Below, piece after piece: positions 1 through 14,559 of a DNA stretch of 64,000 nt; position 1 is the first letter of the stretch, and every line of letters begins with the position of its first letter. Source of the stretch: Octopus vulgaris (taxonomy: Eukaryota); assembly GCA_951406725.2 (NCBI GenBank), contig OX597821.1, positions 8,308,001 through 8,372,000 on the forward strand, given 5' to 3'. The notes below the pieces were generated by a model. The model was not told where the DNA came from. It did not search any database and worked only from the letters and a program-made list of their open reading frames with translations. A program made the translations under genes and the position numbers.

Positions 1-59
1 ACCTCCGTTTCGCTTGTGAAGTATCTTAGACAATAATATAACCAGCAGTAACTCTCTCC

Positions 60-60
60 A

Positions 61-153
<93 letters not shown>
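60..153. repeat. (TG)n(AG)n compound microsatellite (one of dozens in the window)
   Basis: Directly visible. Confidence 0.95.
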
Positions 154-155
<2 letters not shown>

Positions 156-218
156 CTGTGTATTTTTTCATCAATTTTACTCGCGCTTCGGATATATATA
201 TATATATATATATATATA

Positions 219-389
219 GGCGCAGGAGTGGCTGTGTGGTAAGTAGCTTGCTTACCAACCACATGGTTCCGGGTTCAGTCCCACTGCGTGGCATCTTGGG
301 CAAGTGTCTTCTGCTATAGCCCCGGGCCGACCAATGCCTTGTGAGTGGATTTGGTAGACGGAAACTGAAAGAAGCCCGTCGTATATATG

Positions 390-424
<35 letters not shown>

Positions 425-619
425 TTGTCCCCTAGCATTGCTTGACAACGGATGCTGGTGTGTTTACGTCCCCATCACTTAGCGGTTCGGCAAAAGAGAC
501 CGATAAAATAAGTACGGGGCTTACAAAGAATAAGTCCCGGGGTCGATTTGCTCGACTAAAGGCGGTGCTCCAGCATGGCCACAGTCAAATGACTGAAACA
601 AGTAAAAGAGTAAAAGAGT
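219..619 (+). mobile_element. tRNA-derived SINE, family A (octopus OR/OK-like), with internal microsatellite
   Basis: Head GGCGCAGGAGTGGCTGTGTGGTAAG (A box)...GGTTCAGTCCC (B box); 3' end GGCGGTGCTCCAGCATGGCC..GACTGAAAC(AAGTAAAAGAG). Recurs at several other loci in the window. Confidence 0.9.
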
Positions 620-720
620 ATATATATATATGTCTTCAAACAGTTATATATTTGCATTATTTGCATGAAGTATGCCTTAAGTGCCATTTTAAGAAATGCT
701 ATCGTTTAATTTTTCTGCAG

Positions 721-832
721 GGTACTGCGAGAACCCATCGGTAAGTTATATTTTGCCGGCACTGAAACTGCTACGCACTGGTCAGGCTATATGGAAGGAG
801 CTATACAAGCCGGAGAGCGGGCTGCAAGGGAG
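721..832 (+). CDS. MAO: Monoamine oxidase (flavin amine oxidase), third-to-last coding exon (112 bp)
   Basis: Flanked by ttttctgcAG and GTaaga. Translates [37 protein letters not shown], nearly identical to the vertebrate MAO-A/B C-terminal FAD-binding segment ([18 protein letters not shown]). Not in the ORF track. Confidence 0.96.
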
Positions 833-1794
833 GTAAGAATCGAGTTTGTTTTGTTCTCTTTTTCTTGTGGCTTTGGAAAAACAGAAATCTAAAACATCGT
901 TATCTAACACACTACAGCTTTTAATACCGTGCCGACGATTAAATTTGGTTCATAGAAAGATGTTTAGGTCTATCTTAGTTTGTCAACTTAAGCACAATTC
1001 ATTTACTATGAGATAATTTCTATAAACTAAGAAATTTATTTATGAGAAATCAACAATTTACTTCCTCATGGTTTGCTAAATATTCTCATTTATCATATTC
1101 CAATCAAAACATAATCCTTCTAGTTCACTGCTTCTGATTTTTCATGCTTCATTTTTTTTCTCAACTCATTTGCACTCCGTCGTTCATGCTCGTCTCATTT
1201 CTTTCCAACCCTTACAAATCCTCCGCATGCATGAGGTTGAATATATTTTAATCAAATGCACCCATCTGAACTTATTCACAGATTAGGGACATAAAATCTA
1301 TGCCAGTAGTTTACGTTATTTTGTACATGTTACACGATATTGTACTGAAATAAAAACGTGTAAAATAGCGTTTGTTACACACGTATCATTTTCAATTAGC
1401 AGCTATAAATGGCTGCTCTCTCTCACTCTCTCTCTCTCTCTCCCGGATAATCAGACGCTCTTGATATCTGATCGAACGTAGTCGAGGTTTTCTCCAATTG
1501 TCTTGGGAGAGAGAGAGAGAGAGAGAGAGGGGGAGAAAGAGAGGGAGTGGGTAAAGAGCCTTGTGATATGATCGCAGTTCATCAACTTAAAGAAGGGATG
1601 GATGTCTCCATATGTGTTTTTGAGTGTATACGTGTGTGGAGTGTGTGTGTCTATATATGGTCATCTACTTATCTAACAAAATCTGTTAGATTTTGTTCAA
1701 CAGATTTTGTTGAATTTTCTGCTGCTTTAAATAAAGCATATCTACTTATCTATGTAGATAGATACCTAAATATCTACTTACCTAAATATTTGCT

Positions 1795-2518
1795 TACTTA
1801 ACACTCTAGTAGCAAATGTACCCATATATGCATATTCTGTAGGTATTGGGGTATCACCACCTTATACGTGTATTTCCTGTTTAGTTCGGGGGACGTTTCA
1901 TTTATGAAGACGTACTCCTGTATTTTTTTCTACTCTAGGCACAAGGCCTGAAATGTTTTGGCAGGGGGCCAGTCGATTAGATCGACCCCAGTGTTTCACT
2001 GGTACTTAATTTATCGACCCCGAAAGGATGAAAGGAAAAGTCGACCTTAGCGGAATTTGAACTCAGAACGTAACAGCAGACGAAATACCTATTTCTTTAC
2101 TACCCACAAGGGGCTAAACACAGAGAGGACAGACAAACGGATTAATTCGATTATATCGACTCCAGTGCGTAACTGGTACTTATTTAATCGACCCCGAAAG
2201 GATGAAAGGCAAAGTCGACCTCGGCGGAATTTGAACTCAGAACGTAACGACAGACGAAATACCGCTAAGCATTTCGCCCGGCGTGCTAACGTTTCTGCCA
2301 GCTCGTCGCCTGTACTCCTGTATTTGTCTGAGAGATGAGTCCAAGTATCCAAGCATCCGAGGGACCCGAAGTATCCATCATTCAAACAAATACTGGAATA
2401 CGTCCTCGTAAATGAAACGTACCCCGTACTAATTAAGAAATACACATGGAAGGTAGTGATACCCCAATACCCGCAGAATATACATACATAGGTACATTTG
2501 CTACCGGGCTGTTAAGTA
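1795..2518. repeat. Diverged palindromic (foldback) element interrupted by a SINE
   Basis: 1795-1925 plus 2326-2337 is the reverse complement of ~2375-2518 (e.g. GGTATTGGGGTATCAC / GTGATACCCCAATACC). Confidence 0.85.
1926..2311 (-). mobile_element. tRNA-derived SINE, family B, with 14-bp TSD
   Basis: Minus head GGCGACGAGCTGGCAGAAACGTTAGCAC...GAGTTCAAATTCC with an internally duplicated body. TSD GTACTCCTGTATTT at 1912-1925 and 2312-2325. Homologous to 19338-19725 and 9597-9805. Confidence 0.9.
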
Positions 2519-2523
2519 GGCAT

Positions 2524-3778
2524 ATATCAAGTCAAGCCATAAGTTCTGTCCGAATTTTGAATAAAGAAAACAAGTGATCAAATGTTATATTTAATTGAAA
2601 TTTAATCACCAATGTACTTTCCCTGATTATCTATGACTTCCTTCCATCTATTTACAAGCATTTTAACTCCATCAATGTATATCTCATTTGGTTTCAAACC
2701 GAGGAATTCTGAAATGTGAGTTTCGACCTCCTGGCTTGCGAAAGTTATGTCGCCCAAATGATTCTGTAAACTACAAAACAAATGGTAGTCTGAAGGAGCA
2801 AGGTCGGGAGAATAAAGTGGATGACGAATTTTTTCCCAACCAAGCTCTTCGATCTTCTGTGATATAATATTTGCAGTGTGGGGTTGCGCATTGTCCTGAT
2901 GAAACATCACTCCTTTCCGATTCAGTAAAGCGGGTCTTTTATTCTTCAAAGCTTGGTTCAAATGCTCTAATTGCTGACAGTAGACTTAAGCATTGATTAT
3001 TGCATTAGGTGGTAACAATTCAAAGTGAATTACTCCTTTGCAATCCCACCAGATAAAGAGAAAAACCTTTTTCCCATGAAGTTCCCTTTTCGGTTGTGGT
3101 TGAGCTTTTTCCCTTTTACCAAGCCACTGTTTACGACATTTAACATTTCGATAGAAGATCCATTTTTCGTCACCAGTCACAAGTCTATCCAAAAAGGGTG
3201 AAATGAGTTTGCGAGAATGGAGAAAAGAGCAGATGTCAACTCAGGATTTGCGGTTGCTTTCGGACAATTCATGAGGCACCCATTTTCTAAATTTAGAAAC
3301 CTTTCAAAGTTGTTGAAGATGACGATGAACAGTTGTATGGTTTGAGCTAAGCTTTATTGTCAATTCTTCAACTGATAATGCAGGATTTTCTTCAAGTAAT
3401 ACCTCAAGGAGCTTATCATCAAACTCAACTGGACGTCCTGTTCGATCTTCATCTTGAAGGCTAAAAAACTCCACTTCTGAATTTTGCAAAGCATCTTCTG
3501 CAAGTTCTTTCATTCAAACATTCTTTCTCATAAACTGAGTGTATGTTTGGAGTCGCTTCAGCTGCAGAGTTTCCTTTTGTGTACTAATAAAGCATTATGT
3601 GTCTTAAATGCTCTTTGGATACTTCTACGCCAGAAAGGTTTTTATTAAAGAAATTTTAATTCTATTATTCTGTAAAATAATATTTAATTAGTTTAAATGT
3701 ACACAAATGCATAAAAATAATTTTTAATTCCATTAGACATTCTAAAATACTATTTTAAAATCGGAAAAAACTTGATAT
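2524..3778 (-). mobile_element. Mariner (DD34D) transposon, decayed
   Basis: Frameshifted transposase pieces LVTGDEKWIFY, HQDNAQPH and YSPDLAPSDYHLF. Degenerate TIRs (AAGTTCTGTCCGAATTTTGAATA vs TATTTTAAAATCGGAAAAAACTT). Confidence 0.92.
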
Positions 3779-3869
3779 ATGGGTAGGTAAATAGATATGT
3801 TGGCAAACAGATACATAGGTAATCAGACAGGTACAGATAGGTGTGTGTGTGTGTGTGTGTGTACTTGCA

Positions 3870-3910
<41 letters not shown>

Positions 3911-4187
3911 AGACGAAACATATGACCATATACACCACATACTCCACACACTCTACACACACACATTCACACAAAGACATATGGAGACACACATCCATAC
4001 ATAACAGATGCACGTACATAATCACACAAACTCATATATGTAGACACACAAATACGCACACGCAAGGTAACAGAGGTATACACACAAATATGCACACACA
4101 CACAAACACATGAATATGCAGAATACATACATACACACACGCATACATACATACATACATACATACATACATACATACATACATACA

Positions 4188-4223
<36 letters not shown>

Positions 4224-4480
4224 TGTGTATACACAAACACACACACACGCTGGCGCGCACACATGCGAATAAAAACACTCATAGACAAGGTTACAAAAGT
4301 AAAATTTTTGAAAGACATACAAATAATAAATTAATGGAAATTGAACCGGTAAGCGTATTAGATATTAAGGCATTAAGGTAATATGACTCTCCCCAGACGC
4401 AACAGAATTTGCTTCAACACACGAATTCACATAAAGAATCTTGCAAACCAGACACAAAAACGAAGTGTGTGTGTGTACCT

Positions 4481-4552
<72 letters not shown>

Positions 4553-4555
4553 AGG

Positions 4556-5923
4556 TAAATTAAGGTTGCTTAGGAACAAGTGGTTCTGTCTTCATTTGTA
4601 GGTTATATTTCTCCATGATTTTCATAGCCTCAATGTTGGCTTTCTTAAGTATTCTTTTATCAGCAATTTTATACTTCTTCTGAATTTCTTTTTCAAGTAA
4701 TTCCAAATAATAGTCTTTATAAAGTTTGTACAGATTTCCAGTCTTATCAGATTGAACCAACATAGTATCCATAGAATTGATTTCTTTGGTGATGTTGCGA
4801 AGATACCTCAGATGTTTATTTCTTAGTGGTGATCGTTGAAATTTTACATTTCTCACAATGGACCAGAGATCATCTTCAAATTGCTTCAACCTTGGGTTAG
4901 GCGGCGGACTATTTTTAGATTTAAATAACTTGTTGAACTCAGATGTTTTATCATTAGTGTGTTGTTGAGTGTCATTTTTGTCAAAGAAAAAGGTAAGCCA
5001 TCTTATTAGGGTGATGAATGAATTAATCTTATTGACAAGTTGTTTAAGGAAAACATTCTTAGGTGGAATAGGAATGTCCTTAAGAGATGCGTTAATATTC
5101 AATAACTCCATATGCTGTAACTATTCAGTTAGCAGGTTATTAATAAACCTGATTAAAGTATTATAAATAGATGAGTGTATTTTACCTTGTTAGAAATAAA
5201 CGGAATAGTACCGGTCTCAGCAAACTGATTTGGGAATTAAAAGACCACAATGAACAATTTCATTTAGAATGGTCGATCCTCTCAATTTCGATACCATATG
5301 ACAAAGGCAAGAAATTCTGTCTTCTCTGCAATTCTGAGCTATTTTTCATTATTTTTTCTAAAAATACTCTAGTAAACACGGTTATAGAACGAGCATACAG
5401 ATGTAAGCATTGGCAGAAACATACTTTTAGTGCATATAAGTAGTCTCTATCATTATATATAGTTTAAACTTTAATTTCCTTTATATTTAACATTCACTAT
5501 TAATATCCCTACTCTTTCTGTTAGCTACTTATGACGTTATATCATATAACGTTTTTTTAAACAATATTAATAGCGTTCTGTCTATCGCTATACGAATCCA
5601 TCATTTTTTGCTAAAATGTCGTATTGACGAGTTTCGTTTTTTCACTTTCCCGAAGAGAAGATTGCATTGTTTATACCTTTTATTCTTTTGAATAGTATCA
5701 GTGGAATTTTCGAAACATATGTAGAAAGTAAAAATACTTGTTTAAACCTGCGTTAACTCCATTTTTTATTCATATTATTCAAAATATTCAACGTAAACAC
5801 GAAGTTTCAACCTTTATAAACAAGGAGTTACAACATCTTTACTTGTGAGATTTTTGCTGCCCTGGTAACTATTTATTTATTTTTCCGTGTTAATTGTTAA
5901 CAAGGTAAAATACACTCATCTAT
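4556..5923. mobile_element. Penelope-like element (probably Naiad-type): inverted N-terminal ORF piece (-) joined to GIY-YIG C-terminus and terminal repeat (+)
   Basis: Minus ORF SLKDIPIPP..LIRWLTFFF..SDKTGNLY; plus ORF LSKLIWELK..CLLCNSE..CKH. 5167-5192 is the reverse complement of 5898-5923 (pLTR tail). Confidence 0.85.
5644..5729 (+). ncRNA. Type I hammerhead ribozyme motif with a U4C core substitution
   Basis: Stem I ACTTTC/GAAAGT, core CCGAAGA, stem II GAAG..TTTC, GAAAC-ATAT-GTA. Confidence 0.65.
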
Positions 5924-5940
5924 ATCTATATATATATATA

Positions 5941-6097
5941 TACTCATATTAAGGGCATTACTATACAGAAATGCTTCACGCTAGGAGGGACTCTTAAAGT
6001 CAAAACTACCATAGTGTTTATTTACTATAGTAGATTTGACTTTAAGAGTCCCTGCTAGCATAAGGCGTTTATGTATAGTAATGCCCTTAATATAAGT
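5941..6097. repeat. Imperfect palindrome (~70-bp arms)
   Basis: ATATTAAGGGCATTACTATACA..GGGACTCTTAAAGTCAAA pairs with TTTGACTTTAAGAGTCCC..TGTATAGTAATGCCCTTAATAT. Confidence 0.9.
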
Positions 6098-6622
6098 AAT
6101 TATATTTAAGAGGAATAATTGATGGATTTTTCCCTTATGAGGTTTTTCACGCTAACTACTTGATAAATTCTTATAAAGATGTTATCCTATTTTTCAATTG
6201 TATATATATACATATATATAAAGGTGGGTTATTCGCAATTTACAACCAAAAGGCAGAACTATAGACCTAAAGCCTAGAACTAAAGTAACTGAGGGTAGTA
6301 GTTAGCACCGGCATTGCTCGGAATTAAAGTCAAACAACTCTTAGCCATGATAAAGCACTTGAGACTTACAAGGGAGACAGGCTCCCTACAGCATCCAGCC
6401 AGATCACCTGTGATTTCGCATTTTTTCAATGCTCGTCAGTGGCTCTTACCTGGCTTGCCGTGTCAGTTTATGAGAGTTACCGTAGAAATCTCACGTTAAT
6501 TTCATAAATGGTGAAAGTGAAACTTACAAATAATAAAGGTACCTTATTCGCATTTTGCAACGGAAAGTCAGAACTATAGATGATACTGAAGTGACTTGAC
6601 GCTTTATTTTCTCTCTTTGCAG

Positions 6623-6685
6623 GTCCTCTTCGATTTTGGAAGAATCCGGAAAGATGAAATTTGGCAGGATGAACCAGAGGATCGG
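6623..6685 (+). CDS. MAO: Monoamine oxidase penultimate exon (63 bp)
   Basis: ctctctttgcAG acceptor, GTttgt donor. VLFDFGRIRKDEIWQDEPEDR aligns to MAO-B [20 protein letters not shown]; phase 0 joins to both neighbouring exons. Confidence 0.92.
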
Positions 6686-6734
6686 GTTTGTGATCACTTT
6701 ATATGTTGTGCTCAAGCACGTTCGCACACACACT

Positions 6735-6837
<103 letters not shown>

Positions 6838-6964
6838 TGTGAGTTAAATTTTCGTCCTTTCGGGGCTGATAAATTAAGTACCAGTGAAACACAGGGATCG
6901 ATGAAATTGACGTCTCCCCTCCCCCAAATTGTGCCTATAGTAGAAAGGATTATTATTATTATTA

Positions 6965-6997
<33 letters not shown>

Positions 6998-6999
<2 letters not shown>

Positions 7000-7180
7000 G
7001 AGTGCGAGAGCAATGCATGCCATCAAAGTGACACTGGGATAACATATACGAAACCCAGTATACCCATCATGATTACCCGTCTGATAAGGCACATGCATCA
7101 CAACCAATATGTGCGCGACGTGGTGATCACATATCAAGATAAACAGCACATGATCTTGCAGGTGGGGCCCAGTTAGAATG
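6998..7180 (-). mobile_element. R4/Dong LINE 3' end inserted in (TAA)n
   Basis: Matches 8902-9090 and abuts an (ATT)n tract. Confidence 0.8.
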
Positions 7181-7197
7181 TTTATTTATATCTTTAT

Positions 7198-7693
7198 ATA
7201 TAACCATAAAAATCAGGAAGTGTAAGAGGTGAATATATTTAACAACTTGTCATCCTTAGGGTTACAGCCGTTTCACAGCCTTCCTCGTGTGATAGTAATT
7301 TCAGTGAGTAAATTACTTTGCGTGTCTGCACTAATGTGCACACAACGCATTATACAATACAATTGTATATTTACAAATCAATACAGATAAAGAAATCTGG
7401 CTCACCATGAACATTATGGATGCACAAATTCATCAGAGAGCTGAAGAAGTTGTGTAGCCATGATTTTCTACTTGATCTTATGAGCTTGCTTTCTTTATTT
7501 CTGTTGATTTGTAAGCATACAGTTCTATTGTATAATGTGTAGCATGCATAATAATGCAGATATGTGAAATAATTTATACACTGAAATTGTTATTACATGA
7601 TGACAGCTGTGAAACGGCAGTAACTCTAAGGATGACAAGGTGTTAAAAATCTATAATCACCTTTCATACCTTTCGATTTTTAATGGTTTCTAT
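7198..7693. repeat. ~240-bp-arm diverged palindrome with degenerate HHR-like motifs
   Basis: CTTGTCATCCTTAG..GCCGTTTCACAGC pairs with GCTGTGAAACGGC..CTAAGGATGACAAG. Centre CATCAG-AGAG-CTGAAG. Confidence 0.88.
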
Positions 7694-7728
7694 ACTTCTC
7701 ACGAAATAATTTCATCGATTGTTCTCCT

Positions 7729-7781
7729 GGTATCAGGGCGTGTATCAGGGCGTGTATCAGGGCGTGTATCAGGGCGTGTAT
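7729..7781. repeat. 12-bp tandem repeat (TGTATCAGGGCG) x4
   Basis: Directly visible. Confidence 0.9.
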
Positions 7782-8901
7782 AATTCTTGAGAAAATTACA
7801 AAAATCGATTCCAGGTGAGAATGCGATCGATAAAGCCGTTCTCCCAGTCAACAGCCTTATAATTACTGGTACTTTAAACTCTTCGGTTGCATATTTGCGT
7901 GAATAAAATCGTTTTTCTTTGGAATAGAAAAAAGTCTATCTTTATTTCTTCTTTTGCTGGTGTCTCAAATTTAGGTTAAGTCAGTTTTTCTCAAAGGGGA
8001 AGCCTATGGGACGGTCGGACAAGTTGTTTTGAGAAAATTTGGTTCAATGTTTGACAACTCAGCACGGTCCATTGGAGGGGGAGGGCATTTTGCTCGTATT
8101 TTTATATTTCGGGATGGTTATGCTTTTTTCTTTTCTTGCCAAATAAACACACGAACTATATATTCGTTCTTTACTTGTTTATTATTGTTCTTATTTTATT
8201 TCCATTGTCTGGAAATCTTTCGTCACATACCTGTTGCTTCTTCAGCGACTCTCCATCCCACGTACCTCCTCCTGTTTTATCCAGAATGGCCTAGTGGTCA
8301 GAATCTTGTACTTACGATCGCTAGATCGTGGCTTCGATTCCTAGACTGAGCAGCGTATTATGTTCTTGAGCAAAACACTTCATTTCAAATAACTCTCTGA
8401 TTATTTCAATACCTCACGTGTGGTACACTTGTGCACCTGTATAGGTATTGTTGATTTGGTGGAAAGAGTGAGCTGATGAATTTCACATACATTTGATCAC
8501 TATAAACAATCATTGCGTCTTCGTCAAAGAGAGATTTCATCATACTATCATACATACATATTGCTATGAAGGTTCAGCTTAAGGACAGAGCTGGTGACCC
8601 ACTTTGTGGGGGTGGCGCCGGCACGTCTGGAAGAAAAGCAACAGCCCTTTGTTTACTGGAAGAGTAATGGCTTTTTGGAGGGACCTTTGGCCTTGCCGGT
8701 CGATTGGGGGTCAGAGAGATGTGAAGTGGTGAGAAAGATAGAGTAAGGAATCTGAGAGCAGATAGAGAGGTTAAGGTCAAACAACTGACAAGCAAATCTG
8801 TGGTATTGAGCAGAATATTTGCTGTAGCCCATCTTTTATACCAAGACAAAACAATGTACATGATAACACTTCCAATCAGTTAATTATTATTATTATTATT
8901 A

Positions 8902-10072
<1,171 letters not shown>

Positions 10073-10152
10073 AATCTCAAGTTTTAAAAAAACAATTTTC
10101 TAATATTTTTTTTTAAGCATTCACTATTATTATTATTTTTTTTTTTTTGCAG

Positions 10153-10296
10153 GAAATCTTTCCTCGTCCTTTCGATGAGACCTTCTTCGAACGCCATTCA
10201 CCGTCAGTGCCAGGATTTCTGGGAGCCATGTTGTTTTCGTTGATAAGTGCTACAGCCGTAGGAGCTGCTTTTTACTATCAGAAATATATCAAGTGA
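10153..10296 (+). CDS. MAO: Monoamine oxidase last coding exon with C-terminal transmembrane anchor
   Basis: Poly-T tract plus gcAG acceptor. EIFPRPFDETFFERHSPSVPGFLGAMLFSLISATAVGAAFYYQKYIK* matches MAO-B TFLERHLPSVPGLL followed by a hydrophobic tail; TGA at 10294-10296. Confidence 0.93.
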   Translation, partial: EIFPRPFDETFFERHSPSVPGFLGAMLFSLISATAVGAAFYYQKYIK

Positions 10297-10368
10297 ACGT
10301 AATAATTGTTTTAGTAATAAAATTATACATTTCTACACCACACCAACCATTACTCTTTCACATTCTCC

Positions 10369-10449
<81 letters not shown>

Positions 10450-10612
10450 GCAATTCTATTTTCTTTTGCTATAGACTTTGAAACCCCACGTGTCTTCGTT
10501 CCCATATATCACTCCTATCGCACTCTATCTTTCCAATCTGCCTGAAGCAATTTCACGCCTCTGCTTCTTCTACTCCTCCCCTATACATAGGCACACACGC
10601 GCACAAATACAT

Positions 10613-10969
<357 letters not shown>

Positions 10970-11754
10970 TACACACACACACATACATACATCCATTTAT
11001 ATGCATCCCTCACTATTATAACGAAAATATTTCATTTTGGCTAAGTGATTAGCAAAGAACGCAACACAGTAATGTACTAATATAAACACTACATCGTTGC
11101 AGTTGGAAAATGAAGACACGCTTAAAAATTAAAGCAGGCTACATATTGGAATGAATATATAGCACATATTAGCCCCTTCAAACGCAATCATGTTTTTGTA
11201 GTCAGACATTCATGAGAATATATGGACACGTGAGTCCTCATCAGCGGAATGATATAGTCATTTTTAATGGAATTTTATTGATTACATACACTGTGGTGTA
11301 GAAACCGGTGAGGAAATGAAACAGCCGAAACATCAACTCATACGTAATTACACACACACACACATACATACATACATATATACATATTTATATACATACA
11401 CACACACATATATATATATTCTATGAACATATACATGTGTGTGTGTTTGTGTATGCATGTGTGTATGCATTAAATACATATTCGTTTGTATAATTAGGTA
11501 GACAATGAACAATTGAGCAAGCAAAAAAAAAAAATATATATAAAATAGAAAAAAATCCAAAAATGAAAAGAAGAAAAGAACGAAAGAATGATAATAAAGA
11601 TAATGAATAAAGTCTAGATTTCTGATATATTCTGTGTCAAATTTTTATTGTTTATTTAATGTTCGAAGATATTCCGATATAAATAAATATTGCAATTTTA
11701 TTTCCAAACATCTAGTTAACACCAATAGCTCAAATCGACTACATATGTGGGAAG

Positions 11755-12550
11755 TTCTGTCTGTGGATGTGTTTGTGGAGTTGTTAATCAACTCCTCCTA
11801 AAATCGATTTATCGATTTTGATGAAACTTGACACATGTGTAGAACTCATGTCTGGAAACCTCATCGCATACTCAGATTGTTGAAAAAAAATCGATAATAG
11901 GGCCCCTGGAAGGGAACCTTATATATATCTAATATATTTCATTTTAACAGCCTATTCGCTCCTGGAAGGGAACCTTATATATATCTAATATATTTCATTT
12001 TAGCAGCCTATTCGCTCCTGGAAGGGATCCTTATATATAGCCAAGGGAAATAACCCATTCATTTTCCTAAATTATTTGGTGAAAAAGAAACTGGGTATGC
12101 TTATTTCTTAGTATATGAACTGTTATAGAGTTATTTTTGCACTTTATCCAGTACAACCCTTAAACAAGTAAATAGTGTTTTCCTATACAATAGATCTAAT
12201 TATTTCGGTTGGTGACTTATTCACGAATATACCAATACTAGCGCCCCTGAGGGTAATATTCTCTGGGAACGCACAAAAACCCTTTTCAGAGTTATTTTCT
12301 TTGAATTGTTATTATCTCATATCTAATTAGCCTGTTATTGCGTAACATGCTTCACGATTTTAGTATACATACTTTATTAGTATTTCCTCCTATGTTCTAT
12401 ATTCTCTGGGAACGCATTAAAGCCCTTTTCGGGGCCACTTTATTTGAATTCTTCCTATCGGGTAACTAATTTCATGTTATAACCTGACTTCACAATTTGG
12501 GTATTCATAACTTATTTGGGAATTTCTAAAAACAAGATCCTGTGTAAGAC
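11755..12550 (+). mobile_element. Degenerate Helitron-like non-autonomous repeat containing a ~56-bp tandem duplication (11905-12040)
   Basis: CTGTCTGT...CGATTTTGATGAAACTTGACACA motif resembles the other Helitron-like pieces; CCTGGAAGGGAACCTTATATATA occurs three times. Confidence 0.45.
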
Positions 12551-12651
12551 AGTTTGTTATTCTCTGTAAATGCGCAAAAACTGGTTTAAGGGCTGCATAC
12601 TTTGTATTGTTATTAGATTACCGGGTATGTCAGCTAGTGTATATATATATA

Positions 12652-12967
12652 GGCGCAGGAGTGGCTGTGTGGTAAGAAGCTTGCTTCCCAACCACATGGT
12701 TCCGGGTTCAGTCCCACTGTGTGGCACCTTAGCTAAGTGTCTTCTACTATAGCCACGGGCCAACCAAAACTTTGTGAGTGGATTTGGTGAACGGAAACTT
12801 GACAACCGATGTTGGTGTGTTTACGACCCTGCAACCTAGTAGTTCGAGAAGAGAGACCGATAGAATAAGTACTAGGCTTGCAACGAATAAGTTCTGGGGT
12901 CGATTTGTTCGAGTAAAGGAGATGCTACAGCATGGCCGTAGTCAAATGACTGAAACAAGCAAAAGAA
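12652..12967 (+). mobile_element. SINE family A, internally deleted (no central microsatellite)
   Basis: Homologous to 219-619. Confidence 0.88.
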
Positions 12968-12997
12968 TTATACAAAACAACACACACACACACACAC

Positions 12998-13028
<31 letters not shown>

Positions 13029-13223
13029 TATGGACTGGGTTGGCCAAGACGTTCGTTCGGTTTTTTAAGCAAAAATATTCCAAGAGTTTTGAAGATAGCG
13101 ATTTTATCAATCAATGATATAATTAGCTTCGTTCCGGTCTGTTTTCCTCTGTTGTGGGCAGATCCATTTTCCGCAGCTAAATGAATTTTCTGTCTTTATT
13201 GGCGGAAATCTTCAACTGATTGC

Positions 13224-13739
<516 letters not shown>

Positions 13740-13746
13740 ATCTATC

Positions 13747-13848
<102 letters not shown>

Positions 13849-13858
13849 TTTCTCTCTG

Positions 13859-13902
<44 letters not shown>

Positions 13903-14443
13903 AGCGCTGTTATGTCTGTGTGTATGTCTTTTGTGTCTGTGCTTGTGGAGATACCGCAGTACTCTCCTTCCATTACTGACCCACCATTATTATAATACTA
14001 ACCACCGACTCACTTCTCATTCTCTTCATCTCCTATCTTCTCTCATACCTTTCTATATACCTTAGTAATCTCCCTCCACCACCGAATTAGACAATTTCCC
14101 TCACTTAAATAATTGCCATCCCTTTTCTCAATATCTCAACTTCCAATAATACTATAGCTAATATCCCTAAACTTTGATATCTATATACAAACTGAACAAA
14201 TGTCCACAACACTCCACCTCTGCAACCACCTCCCTTATTCTCATTATAAACCCCACTCCATCTTCCTGAATTAGCTGTCTTATCCCTTCTCACCATTCCC
14301 TGTCTTCCCATTCCACATAACCCCTCCGACCCTGTAATTTTCTCGGTTCGGATTTTCGTGAGATAACGAAGAAAGGATCACATAATAGCTGGAGATACTT
14401 TTATAATTACTGGATTGATTGGATAAAATTTCCGGGTGCACAT

Positions 14444-14559
<116 letters not shown>

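Noticed and set aside
219-295. tRNA gene
   Set aside because: A/B boxes are present but continue into a multicopy SINE body; no convincing cloverleaf or terminator.
1795-2518. HHR or sense-strand G-U bias in this palindrome
   Set aside because: No CUGANGA/GAAA core recognised, and mismatches do not favour sense-strand wobble pairs.
5531-5580. SECIS element (some Naiad PLEs encode selenoproteins)
   Set aside because: ATGA and AA are present but there is no properly spaced 3' GA quartet, and no in-frame TGA in the adjacent ORF pieces.
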